A DNA stretch of 59,397 nt. Origin: Candidatus Woesearchaeota archaeon. Its GTDB lineage: Archaea; Nanobdellota; Nanobdellia; Woesearchaeales; ARS49. The notes below the pieces were generated by a model that saw only the letters and a list, made by a program, of their open reading frames with translations, was not told the DNA's origin and ran no database searches. Numbering within the stretch: position 1 is the stretch's first letter; each line of letters starts with the position of its first letter. The position numbers were made by a program, and so were the translations under genes. The stretch lies in NCBI GenBank assembly GCA_038884575.1, contig JAWABQ010000004.1, forward strand, positions 1 to 59,397, given 5' to 3'. Shown piece by piece: positions 1-8,450 of this stretch.

Positions 1-1
1 A

Positions 2-658
2 CTGCTTGAGATAGACAGCCCTGGCGGAAGCCCTGTGGCAACAGAGGAAATAGCAAGGGCAGTCAAGGACGCAAACAAGACAGTTGTTGCAGTAATCCGC
101 GAAACAGGCGCTTCAGGCGCATACTGGGTCGCATCAGCAGCAGACTACATCTTCGCTAGCAAAATGTCATTGACGGGAAGCATAGGCGTTGCAGGCTCAA
201 GGCTTGAGTTTGCAGGGCTGCTGAAGGACTACAACGTAACTTACCGCAGGCTCGTGTCAGGCCAGTACAAGGACGCAGGCACGCGATGGAAGGAAATGAC
301 CCCTGAGGAAGAGGCATTGTTCCAGAAAATGCTTGACGAGGTATACAACGAATTCATAAATTCCGTTGCAGAAAACAGGAACATGCCTGTTGAAAAAGTA
401 AAAGAGCTCGCAAACGGCTTTGTGCTCACAGGCGCGCAGGCAAAGAATGCAGGGCTTGTTGACGCAATAGGAAACAAGGACGACGCAATCAAGTACATAG
501 AGCAAAAGCTCAACATTACAGCAAAAACTTATGAGTTCAAGAAGAAAAAGCCCTTATTTGAGGAAATTATCGGCATATCCAGCTACAACATCGGCAGGGG
601 CATAGGCGCAGAATTAACACAGGCAAGTGTTTCTGAATCAGTGAAGATAACAACTTGA
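2..658 (+). CDS. sppA: Signal peptide peptidase SppA (peptidase S49), 5'-truncated by the window edge
   Basis: Frame open from base 2 (LLEIDSPGGSP); GASGAYWVAS with catalytic Ser, TGSIGV, SGQYKD motifs. Confidence 0.92.
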   Translation: MLEIDSPGGSPVATEEIARAVKDANKTVVAVIRETGASGAYWVASAADYIFASKMSLTGSIGVAGSRLEFAGLLKDYNVTYRRLVSGQYKDAGTRWKEMTPEEEALFQKMLDEVYNEFINSVAENRNMPVEKVKELANGFVLTGAQAKNAGLVDAIGNKDDAIKYIEQKLNITAKTYEFKKKKPLFEEIIGISSYNIGRGIGAELTQASVSESVKITT

Positions 659-1357
659 TTACTTCAGTGCAAACCCCTTAGTCCCCATCCAAATCGGCAC
701 TTCATACCCTTCTGGAACGTGCTTGAACTTCACAATGCCTTCAGAAACCAAGTCATTTATGCTCACAATTCCTGCCTTCTGGTCATCCATTCGCGGGCAG
801 GCAGTGTTGACCCAGCAGTCAATGAAGTTAAAGTCCTCCAGATGCCTGAAATCAAAAGTGTCGCAGGCAAAAATAAAGTATTCCTTGTCCCCTTTTTTCT
901 TCAACTGCAGTGCCCTTTGCAGGTTTTTCTGCCCTGGTTTTGTGCTCACAATAATCCCAACACTTTTTGCATTCAAAAACTTCAAGACAGCACCCTTCCT
1001 TGCCTTTTCATAAGCCAAAACTTCGTTCTTGTCAAGCTCCTTGAACTCGTTTGTGTAAGGATTAAAGCAAAAAACAGGCTTTTTTGACTGGATTGCGACA
1101 TTTATCGGGTGAAAAACACCACTGCCGACAAACAGGTAAGCATCAACCCTTGAAGCAAGCTTTAATGCCATTGCTGCATTGCAACCAAGCACCTGTCCGC
1201 CTGCAATTGAGCCAGGAACCTGCTTCACAATAGCCGGAATTTGGTTGGCGAACTGAATGCTTGCAACAACACCAACTTTCCTGGGCAGTTTTTTCAGCAC
1301 AGCACGAGGAATAACAACCTTTCTTGTGCTGTGCGCATGAATGAACAATGTTTTCAT
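659..1357 (-). CDS. dph2: Diphthamide biosynthesis protein Dph1/Dph2 family (short form)
   Basis: GQVLGC, FVGSGVFH, VSTKPGQ, NTACPR motifs; only 232 aa. Confidence 0.85.
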   Translation of the reverse strand: MKTLFIHAHSTRKVVIPRAVLKKLPRKVGVVASIQFANQIPAIVKQVPGSIAGGQVLGCNAAMALKLASRVDAYLFVGSGVFHPINVAIQSKKPVFCFNPYTNEFKELDKNEVLAYEKARKGAVLKFLNAKSVGIIVSTKPGQKNLQRALQLKKKGDKEYFIFACDTFDFRHLEDFNFIDCWVNTACPRMDDQKAGIVSINDLVSEGIVKFKHVPEGYEVPIWMGTKGFALK

Positions 1358-1393
1358 AAAGAAAAGTTGCAGGACACTATTTATAAACCTGTC

Positions 1394-1888
1394 TCAGGAA
1401 GACGCATTCAGGCGCACAAGTAGTGCAAGGCTTTCCTCATACTCGCTGATATCGCTCTGCGTGTACTGGTCTGGCTTTTCCCTGACGTACTTGACAAGGT
1501 TCTCGAAAAACTCCTTCCTTGCAGCCACATATCTCCTGAACGCATTTGCCGAAACAAGCTCAATTGATGCAGCGCAAAGCTCAATGTCAAGGGCATCAAT
1601 GCACCTAATCTTGTTGTCAGCGCCGTTTTCAGCATATTCCACAAACTCGTGGAATGCCCATAATTTCTTGTACGGCTCATAAACCTCATCGCTCACGCCA
1701 ATAACATATCCATCCTCTTTCTTGCCTGCGCACACATAAGCAAAGCAGGGCAGGTCTGGATTGCGCTGCTGCGGAATGTCAAAGAATTCCAGTTTCTTGC
1801 CAGCAACATTCACCTTGTTCAGGCGGTAAAACAGGTTTTTGAACATTTGGCGCGCTGTTTCAATGTTATCTTTTGAATAAACCTTCAT
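1394..1888 (-). CDS. Hypothetical protein with HExxE motif (possible metal-binding site)
   Basis: 164-aa ORF packed in a minus-strand gene run; WAFHEFVEY. Confidence 0.6.
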   Translation of the reverse strand: MKVYSKDNIETARQMFKNLFYRLNKVNVAGKKLEFFDIPQQRNPDLPCFAYVCAGKKEDGYVIGVSDEVYEPYKKLWAFHEFVEYAENGADNKIRCIDALDIELCAASIELVSANAFRRYVAARKEFFENLVKYVREKPDQYTQSDISEYEESLALLVRLNASS

Positions 1889-1894
1889 AGGATA

Positions 1895-2665
1895 TTATTC
1901 CTTTCTTCCGTTTATAAATGTTCTTGCCCACAATTCCCTTACTGCATAATCAGCAAGAGGCTTCAAATTCACAATGTCCTCCTCATTATACCTGATCAGC
2001 GTGTTCAAATAATCAGTATCCTTTGTTGCCCTGAACTGCTCCCACAAATAAACAGCGTCACTTCCGGAAACACCCTCAACATCATCAGCCCTCTTTATTC
2101 CGCGCTGTTTTTCAATCGCCTTAAGTCCGCCAGTCAGGCCAATGCGCGAGCAGACATGCCGCAAGTCAATGTGCGGCTTGTGCAGGCGCAGCCCAAAAAA
2201 GCGCTCAATCACAGGCAAATCAAAACTGCTGCCGTTGAAAGTCACAACCATTTTTGCCTTTTGCAACTCCCTCTCAATAAGGCTCCTGTCAAGGTTGTAT
2301 CCACGGATAAAAGTTTTTGTGTCATTGCCATCATACAGCCCAACCACGGTAATGCTCCCATAATAACCATTTGTTTCAATGTCAAGAAAAACAGCATCAT
2401 CCCTCAAATGGTCATACAAGCGCCAATGCTCTGATGAAGGAATGCTTTTTGACAAATAATTCAGGTTCTCATTCCACAACTCATTCTTGAACTCGTGAAT
2501 CTTGGCATTAGCCTGCTCTTTTCTCCCTGCAGAAAAGCCCTTTATGCTTTTTGCCTCAACAAAAGAATTCCAGTCATGCACTCCCTGAGCCCAGATTTTC
2601 TGCTCTGTTGCCAGTCTCACTTTGGGCAAAAAAAGAAACGTGTTGCGAAGCATAACAGCCAGCAA
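1895..2665 (-). CDS. YprB/RNase_H_2-like DEDD 3'-5' exonuclease
   Basis: FLDIET, TFNGSSFDLP, HIDL, GGLKAIE, YNEED motifs. Confidence 0.88.
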   Translation of the reverse strand: MLAVMLRNTFLFLPKVRLATEQKIWAQGVHDWNSFVEAKSIKGFSAGRKEQANAKIHEFKNELWNENLNYLSKSIPSSEHWRLYDHLRDDAVFLDIETNGYYGSITVVGLYDGNDTKTFIRGYNLDRSLIERELQKAKMVVTFNGSSFDLPVIERFFGLRLHKPHIDLRHVCSRIGLTGGLKAIEKQRGIKRADDVEGVSGSDAVYLWEQFRATKDTDYLNTLIRYNEEDIVNLKPLADYAVRELWARTFINGRKE

Positions 2666-2715
2666 TACCCTGCCTGCTTAAAAAATCTCAGTATCCCTGT
2701 CCAGTGACCAGTGGC

Positions 2716-3249
2716 TTATTCCCGTTCTGGCGCAGAATCCTGCTTTTTCTCTTCCTTTTCAGGCTCTTTCCTCTTGTAATCATCCCTGAGGAACTGCGGC
2801 TGATAATACTCGCGATGCCTTATTTCCCCAGGAGCCCTTATCCCACAGTCAGGAACCCTTGACCTGTCGCCTGAAATAAAAGAAAGCCCGAACGCAAGAC
2901 CCAATGCGCAGACAGGGACAAGCCAGGAAAAACTTTTTTCGCGCTCAGGCATTTTTTCCTCTGCAAGCTGGGCAAGGCTCTTTGTTGCACTATCATCCAT
3001 TCCAAGCCTTGCGCGCTCCTCAGCAAGAGTCAATGCCTCAAGAATGTCATACTCCCTGCCTGCATAAACGCAATCGCGGGATGCTTGCGGGTTGTTCTTC
3101 AGCTTTGCATAATCAAGCATCAGCATAACATGCGCCTTGTCAGCGCAAATTAGTCCATGACCAACATCAGAAAGAAGGGTCTTGTACTTCCTTTCAAATT
3201 CCAGCTCCTGCCTCTCAATATCTGAATACGGCTGTTCCATTATCTTCAC
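2716..3249 (-). CDS. Hypothetical single-pass membrane protein
   Basis: 177-aa ORF with hydrophobic WLVPVCALGLAFGLSFI segment; GGGGTGA SD-like site upstream. Confidence 0.6.
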   Translation of the reverse strand: MKIMEQPYSDIERQELEFERKYKTLLSDVGHGLICADKAHVMLMLDYAKLKNNPQASRDCVYAGREYDILEALTLAEERARLGMDDSATKSLAQLAEEKMPEREKSFSWLVPVCALGLAFGLSFISGDRSRVPDCGIRAPGEIRHREYYQPQFLRDDYKRKEPEKEEKKQDSAPERE

Positions 3250-3254
3250 CCCGC

Positions 3255-3860
3255 TCAGTATATGTAAGGTATCAGTTTCCTTGTCCTGTTCATATAGTTT
3301 GCGTATTCTTTGCCGTATTTCTCAATCAGCACCCTGTCCCTTGAGCTCACCCTGTATGCTGTTGCCAGAAGCAAAAGCACTGTGAAAACAAGCATGAACT
3401 TCAATGAAAGCGCGCACGCAAGGCCGGCAACAACAAGCAATAATCCAAGGTCGCGCGGATTCCTTATTGTTGCATAAATCCCGTTTGTCGAGTAAGGGGG
3501 CAATTCCTCTTTTGGCTCAAGAACCTGCAAGAACCACAAAAACTGCTTTCTTGCAACCATTGCCTTAAGCCAAGTGTTAAAGCCGAGCGCAAGAAGCACA
3601 AGCCCAACAACAGCCATTGAAGTGTATTCTGCTGACATCACAGGATTGCCGCTCTTTACATATTCCCCGATGCCAACACCAAGAGTCAAAAGGAATGTGA
3701 GGAGCCAAACCCATTTTGCCTCATCCTTCACCTGCGACTTATGATGATGCGCCCACTGAAGCACTTTTGTCCTGAACAATTCCCTGAACATAAGCAGTAT
3801 TGACATTGCCAAAAACAGCACTGCAACAGCCAAAAGCGGAATCCACAGCCACACTTCCAT
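3255..3860 (-). CDS. ICMT/PEMT-like membrane methyltransferase family protein (degenerate motifs)
   Basis: Multiple TM segments; TNGIYATIRNP and LIEKYGKEYANYMNRTRKLIPYIY C-terminal signature. Confidence 0.75.
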   Translation of the reverse strand: MEVWLWIPLLAVAVLFLAMSILLMFRELFRTKVLQWAHHHKSQVKDEAKWVWLLTFLLTLGVGIGEYVKSGNPVMSAEYTSMAVVGLVLLALGFNTWLKAMVARKQFLWFLQVLEPKEELPPYSTNGIYATIRNPRDLGLLLVVAGLACALSLKFMLVFTVLLLLATAYRVSSRDRVLIEKYGKEYANYMNRTRKLIPYIY

Positions 3861-3864
3861 AGTC

Positions 3865-4515
3865 TCACCTCGATTTTAGCACTGAAATGCGCTTGCAGTA
3901 TTTAATTATTGGGCATTTTGAGCAAAAAGGCGACACTGGAACACAAATGCCCTTGCCGTGGCTCACAAATGCCTCATTGACAACAAGCCAGTGCTTCCTC
4001 GGCACAATCCTCTCAAGAGCAAGCTCTGTCTTCTCAGGGCTTTTTGTTTTCACCCAGCCCAATCTATTTGAAACCCTGTGCACGTGCGTATCAACAGGCA
4101 GTGCAGGCACGCCAAAAGCATAAACAAGCACGCAATTAGCCACTTTCCTTCCAACACCAGGCAGTTCAAGCAGTTTATCCAGTTCCTGAGGCACTTTTCC
4201 ACCAAACTTTTTCATTAACATTCTTGAGGCATTAATGACATTCCTTGACTTGTTGTTGTAAAAACCAATCTTTCTGATTATCTTTGCCACATCAGCCTTC
4301 TTGGCGATAGCAAGCCTGGCTGCAGTCGGATACTTCCTGAACAAATCAGCAGCAACAACCTCAGTAACCTCATCCTTTGCACGCGCGCTCAAAATCGTCG
4401 ATATCAACACCTTGAACGCATCATACTTCTGCCCAAGCCTGCCAAGCATTGTCTTTTTGCCCTGCGACTTAAGAAGTTTTTTCAAAACAATGTCAATCTC
4501 AGCGTGGCTTACCAT
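3865..4515 (-). CDS. nth: Endonuclease III (HhH-GPD glycosylase, 4Fe-4S)
   Basis: LPGVGRKVAN HhH, PVDTHVHR, C-x6-C-x2-C-x5-C cluster motif; start taken at MVSHAEID. Confidence 0.93.
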   Translation of the reverse strand: MVSHAEIDIVLKKLLKSQGKKTMLGRLGQKYDAFKVLISTILSARAKDEVTEVVAADLFRKYPTAARLAIAKKADVAKIIRKIGFYNNKSRNVINASRMLMKKFGGKVPQELDKLLELPGVGRKVANCVLVYAFGVPALPVDTHVHRVSNRLGWVKTKSPEKTELALERIVPRKHWLVVNEAFVSHGKGICVPVSPFCSKCPIIKYCKRISVLKSR

Positions 4516-5317
4516 GCATTCTCCTCCAATGATACAAATACTGCTGGGCATAGCCTGCCATCCTGCCCCATTTTTTCCTCCCGAAATCACCCATCTGATT
4601 AAGCTTCATCTTTTTTGCCTCTGGATAACACTCTTTCAACACCCTTTCCATCCAGACATCAACAGGAAAGCTCTCGGTAAAGCCCAAGGAAAACAAAAGA
4701 ATGCAGTCAGCAACCTTTTCCCCAATCCCAGGAAGCTCCATTAATTTCTCTCTCGCCTGCTTGTAAGTCAGTTTTCTCAATCCCGCAAACCAAACATCAC
4801 TCACTCTTGCATTAACGCCAGCAATATACTTTGCCCTGAAACCAACACTGCACTTCTTCAGCTTTGCAATATCTTTCAAAGCACCAGGAGAAGGGAATGT
4901 GTAAAACTTTTTACCCCTGAAAATCACTGGCTTGCCAAACTTTTCAGCAATGCATTCCATGTTCTTCTTAATTTTCTTTATGTTTGAGAACTGCGAGCAA
5001 AGGAATCCAACAGTGCACTCCCAAGGGTCCTGCCTTATGATGCGAAGACCTGGATATTTCTTAATCGCGATCCTGAGCGCAGGGTCTTTAGACAATTGGT
5101 GCATTATTTCAAGATAATTCTCATCAAGCCCGAAAAAATGCCTGACAAAACGCTCAGAAGCGCCCTCAAAAAACAGCTTATTACCATCCTGGCGAGCCCT
5201 GAAAACCTTCTCCCTGGTAACTATATAATACCAGCCATCATGCAGGTGATGCCTGAAAAACTGGCCGGAATCAAGAGTATGAAGAAGATTGAAACCAAAG
5301 CACTTGATTAACCCCAT
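4499..5317 (-). CDS. ogg: 8-oxoguanine DNA glycosylase, OGG1 type
   Basis: TLDSGQFFR, GLRIIRQDPWE, LPGIGEKVADCILLF, FPVDVW, GYAQQYLY. Confidence 0.9.
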   Translation of the reverse strand: MGLIKCFGFNLLHTLDSGQFFRHHLHDGWYYIVTREKVFRARQDGNKLFFEGASERFVRHFFGLDENYLEIMHQLSKDPALRIAIKKYPGLRIIRQDPWECTVGFLCSQFSNIKKIKKNMECIAEKFGKPVIFRGKKFYTFPSPGALKDIAKLKKCSVGFRAKYIAGVNARVSDVWFAGLRKLTYKQAREKLMELPGIGEKVADCILLFSLGFTESFPVDVWMERVLKECYPEAKKMKLNQMGDFGRKKWGRMAGYAQQYLYHWRRMHGKPR

Positions 5318-5366
5318 ATTAAAGCTGAAAATGTATTTGCTTTAATAGTTTTATCATCACAATAAA

Positions 5367-5376
5367 ATTTATAAAC
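5367..5376 (+). promoter_or_regulatory. TATA box candidate for nrdJ
   Basis: TTTTATAAAC preceded by A-rich BRE-like run; AGAGGA SD-like site before ATG 5434. Confidence 0.5.
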
Positions 5377-5433
5377 CCTTCCCCCAGTTTCAGTCAAATA
5401 CAAAAAAAGAGGGCTTGGTTAAAGAGGATAAAA

Positions 5434-8283
5434 ATGGGGTTGACGACCAACAGCGATTCTGCAAAGGCAGTTGAGGACTTGTTTTCATCTGAGATTGAAT
5501 TTAATGACAAGCGGCTGAAAATAAGCAGGCGCTTCACCAGACCAGGAGTGCACCCTTTTGATGAGCTTGAGTACGAAAAGCGCTCCTCTGTCATTGCAGA
5601 GCCTGACGGCAAGGTCGTATTCAAGCTTGAAGGCGCTGAAATCCCAAAAAACTGGTCCCAACTTGCAACAGACATAGTGGTATCAAAATACTTCAGAAAG
5701 GCCGGAGTGCCTGGAACAGGGCACGAAACAAGCGTAAGGCAGGTCATCCACAGAATTACAAACACAATACGCCTTGCAGGGGAGTCAATGGGCTACTTCC
5801 AGACAGCAGAAGACGCAGACACTTTTGAAATGGAGCTCGCGCACATCCTAATCAACCAGAAAGGGGCGTTTAACTCGCCAGTATGGTTCAACTGCGGGCT
5901 TTACCACCAGTACGGAATCTCAGGAACAGGCGGAAACTGGTACTGGGACTTTGACAGCCAGAGCATCCAGAAGACATCAGGGGCATATGCCAGACCGCAA
6001 TGCTCTGCGTGCTTCATCCAGTCAATACAGGACGACCTCATGAGCATCTTTGACCTTGTCAAGAGCGAGGCAAGGCTGTTCAAGTACGGCTCTGGCTCAG
6101 GCACAAACTTCTCCGCATTAAGGAGCAAGTACGAAAAGCTCGCAGGCGGAGGAACAAGCTCGGGCCTAATGACCTTTTTAGCAGTATTTGACCGCGCAGC
6201 AGGCTCGATGAAGTCAGGGGGGACAACAAGAAGGGCAGCAAAAATGGTGTGCCTTGACCTTGACCACCCTGAAATAATTGACTTCATAAACTGGAAAGTC
6301 AATGAGGAAAAGAAAGTCAAGGTATTGGTCGCAGCAGGATACCCGGCAGACTTCAACGGTGAGGCATACCAGACAGTCGCGGGCCAGAACTCAAACAACT
6401 CAGTAAGGGTTCCTGACGAGTTCATGCAGGCATACCTCACAGGCGGAAAGTGGAAGACAAGGTTCCGCACAACAGGCGAAGTCCACAAGGAATATGATGC
6501 GAGGGATATGATGCGGCAGATAGCGCAGGCAGCATGGGCGTGCGCAGACCCGGGAATCCAGTTTGACACAATAATAAACGACTGGCACACCTGCCCGAAC
6601 ACAGACAGGATAAAGGCAAGCAACCCGTGCAGCGAGTACATGTTCCTTGACGACTCATCCTGCAACCTTGCAAGCATAAACCTCATGAAGTTCCTGAATG
6701 AGGATGGAAGCTTTGACATTGAGGGATACAGGCACGCGTGCAGGATATTGCTGATTGCGCAGGAAATACTGGTTGACTTTGCAAGCTATCCCACAAGCTC
6801 AATCGCGAAAAACACCCACGAATTCCGGGCTCTCGGGCTTGGCTACGCAAACCTTGGCACGCTGCTCATGGTAATGGGAGTACCATATGACTCTGACAAG
6901 GGAAGGGCAATTGCAGGCGCTCTCACTGCAATAATGACAGGCCACGCATACTGCGTCTCCTCTGAAATGTCTGCAGTAAAAGGGCCATTCGCAGGATTTG
7001 CAAAAAACAGGGAGCCGATGCTGCGCGTGATGAGAAAGCACAGGGATGCGGCATACAAGATAGACGTAAGGCACTGCCCGCCAGACCTGCTAAAGGCAGC
7101 AAGGGATGACTGGGACAATGCGGTGGAGCTTGGGGAAAAATACGGCTACAGGAACGCGCAGGTGACAGTGCTTGCTCCGACAGGGACAATCGGGCTGCTG
7201 ATGGACTGCGACACAACAGGGGTTGAGCCAGACTTCTCGCTCGTCAAGTACAAGAAGCTTGCAGGCGGAGGCTTCTTCAAGATAATCAACCAAAGCATCC
7301 CAAGGGCGCTGAGGATGCTCGGCTACCTTGATGATGAAATCAAGGACATACAGGCACACATACTTGAGACAGGCACTATAGAAGGCGCGCCGCACATCAA
7401 GGAGGAGCACCTTGCGGTTTTTGACTGCGCGAACAAGTGCGGCAATGGAAAGCGCTTCATAAACCCAATGGGGCACATCAGGATGATGGCAGCAATCCAG
7501 CCATTCCTCTCAGGCTCCCTTTCAAAGACAGTCAACCTGCCAAATGAGACAACAGTTGAGGACATTGAGAAAATATATGTGGACAGCTGGAAGCTCGGCT
7601 TAAAGGCAGTTGCAGTCTACCGCGACGGGTGCAAACTGTCACAGCCACTGACAGCAGGCACAAAGGAAAAGACAGAAGCACAGGCAGACAAGCCCAGGAC
7701 AGCAGACTCAAAAACACTGCCATCAAGAAGAGCAGGGCTGACAGTTGACTCTGTTGTTGCAGGAAACAGGCTGATGATACGTACAGGAGAGTTCCCAGAT
7801 GGCTCGCTTGCGGAATTCAGCATAGACATGCACAAGGAAGGCTCGCCAATGAGGGGCCTGATGAACTGCATAGCACAGGCAGTATCAATAGGGCTGCAGC
7901 ACGGAGTCCCTCTTGAGAAATTCGTTGACGCATTCACGTTCACGCGCTTTGAGCCTGCAGGAATGACCACGCACCCCAACATCAAGACAAGCACAAGCAT
8001 TGTTGACTTTGTATTCAGGGTGCTCGGACTGGAATACCTGGGCAGGACAGACCTCGTGCACGTCAAGCCAGAGGCAAAAACACCAAAGGCAGAGCCTGCA
8101 TCGCAAAAACTGCCAGCACCAAGCGCCCCAAAGCCAAGCGCACCAGCAGCTGATGCTGTAAGCGCCCACCTGAAGAGCATGTCAGCAGACGCGCCTCCCT
8201 GCCCAAGCTGCGGCCACTTCACAGTCAGAAGCGGAACCTGCTACAAGTGCGTCAACTGCGGCTCAACAACAGGATGTTCGTAA
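5434..8283 (+). CDS. nrdJ: Class II (adenosylcobalamin) ribonucleotide reductase, intact, with C-terminal TSCPD-like domain and Cys-rich Zn ribbon
   Basis: FNSPVWFN, SACF (C193), SNPCSE (N397/C399/E401), SSCNL (C410), APTGTIG, SKTVN, YRDG; tail CPSCG..GTCYKCVNCG..GCS. Confidence 0.96.
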   Translation: MGLTTNSDSAKAVEDLFSSEIEFNDKRLKISRRFTRPGVHPFDELEYEKRSSVIAEPDGKVVFKLEGAEIPKNWSQLATDIVVSKYFRKAGVPGTGHETSVRQVIHRITNTIRLAGESMGYFQTAEDADTFEMELAHILINQKGAFNSPVWFNCGLYHQYGISGTGGNWYWDFDSQSIQKTSGAYARPQCSACFIQSIQDDLMSIFDLVKSEARLFKYGSGSGTNFSALRSKYEKLAGGGTSSGLMTFLAVFDRAAGSMKSGGTTRRAAKMVCLDLDHPEIIDFINWKVNEEKKVKVLVAAGYPADFNGEAYQTVAGQNSNNSVRVPDEFMQAYLTGGKWKTRFRTTGEVHKEYDARDMMRQIAQAAWACADPGIQFDTIINDWHTCPNTDRIKASNPCSEYMFLDDSSCNLASINLMKFLNEDGSFDIEGYRHACRILLIAQEILVDFASYPTSSIAKNTHEFRALGLGYANLGTLLMVMGVPYDSDKGRAIAGALTAIMTGHAYCVSSEMSAVKGPFAGFAKNREPMLRVMRKHRDAAYKIDVRHCPPDLLKAARDDWDNAVELGEKYGYRNAQVTVLAPTGTIGLLMDCDTTGVEPDFSLVKYKKLAGGGFFKIINQSIPRALRMLGYLDDEIKDIQAHILETGTIEGAPHIKEEHLAVFDCANKCGNGKRFINPMGHIRMMAAIQPFLSGSLSKTVNLPNETTVEDIEKIYVDSWKLGLKAVAVYRDGCKLSQPLTAGTKEKTEAQADKPRTADSKTLPSRRAGLTVDSVVAGNRLMIRTGEFPDGSLAEFSIDMHKEGSPMRGLMNCIAQAVSIGLQHGVPLEKFVDAFTFTRFEPAGMTTHPNIKTSTSIVDFVFRVLGLEYLGRTDLVHVKPEAKTPKAEPASQKLPAPSAPKPSAPAADAVSAHLKSMSADAPPCPSCGHFTVRSGTCYKCVNCGSTTGCS

Positions 8284-8450
8284 AAACTTCATTAAATGAA
8301 TACTGCTAATAACATCTCCTTACAGTCGCGGTGCCAACGATAATTGAATTTCTTTCTGTGCATTGCTTGGGGCTGTTGTTTAATGAGCGTATCGCAAAGC
8401 TTAAAAATCCAGAGTTCTAGAACATCCTCGGGGGAAAATTTCAGGATATT

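Noticed and set aside
5901-6719. Long antisense ORFs (also 32269-33255, 18972-19691)
   Set aside because: Shadows of highly conserved genes with no recognisable motifs.
8284-8450. Cobalamin riboswitch between the RNR genes
   Set aside because: No recognisable B12-box or GGGAA..GCCACTG core; region is AT-rich.
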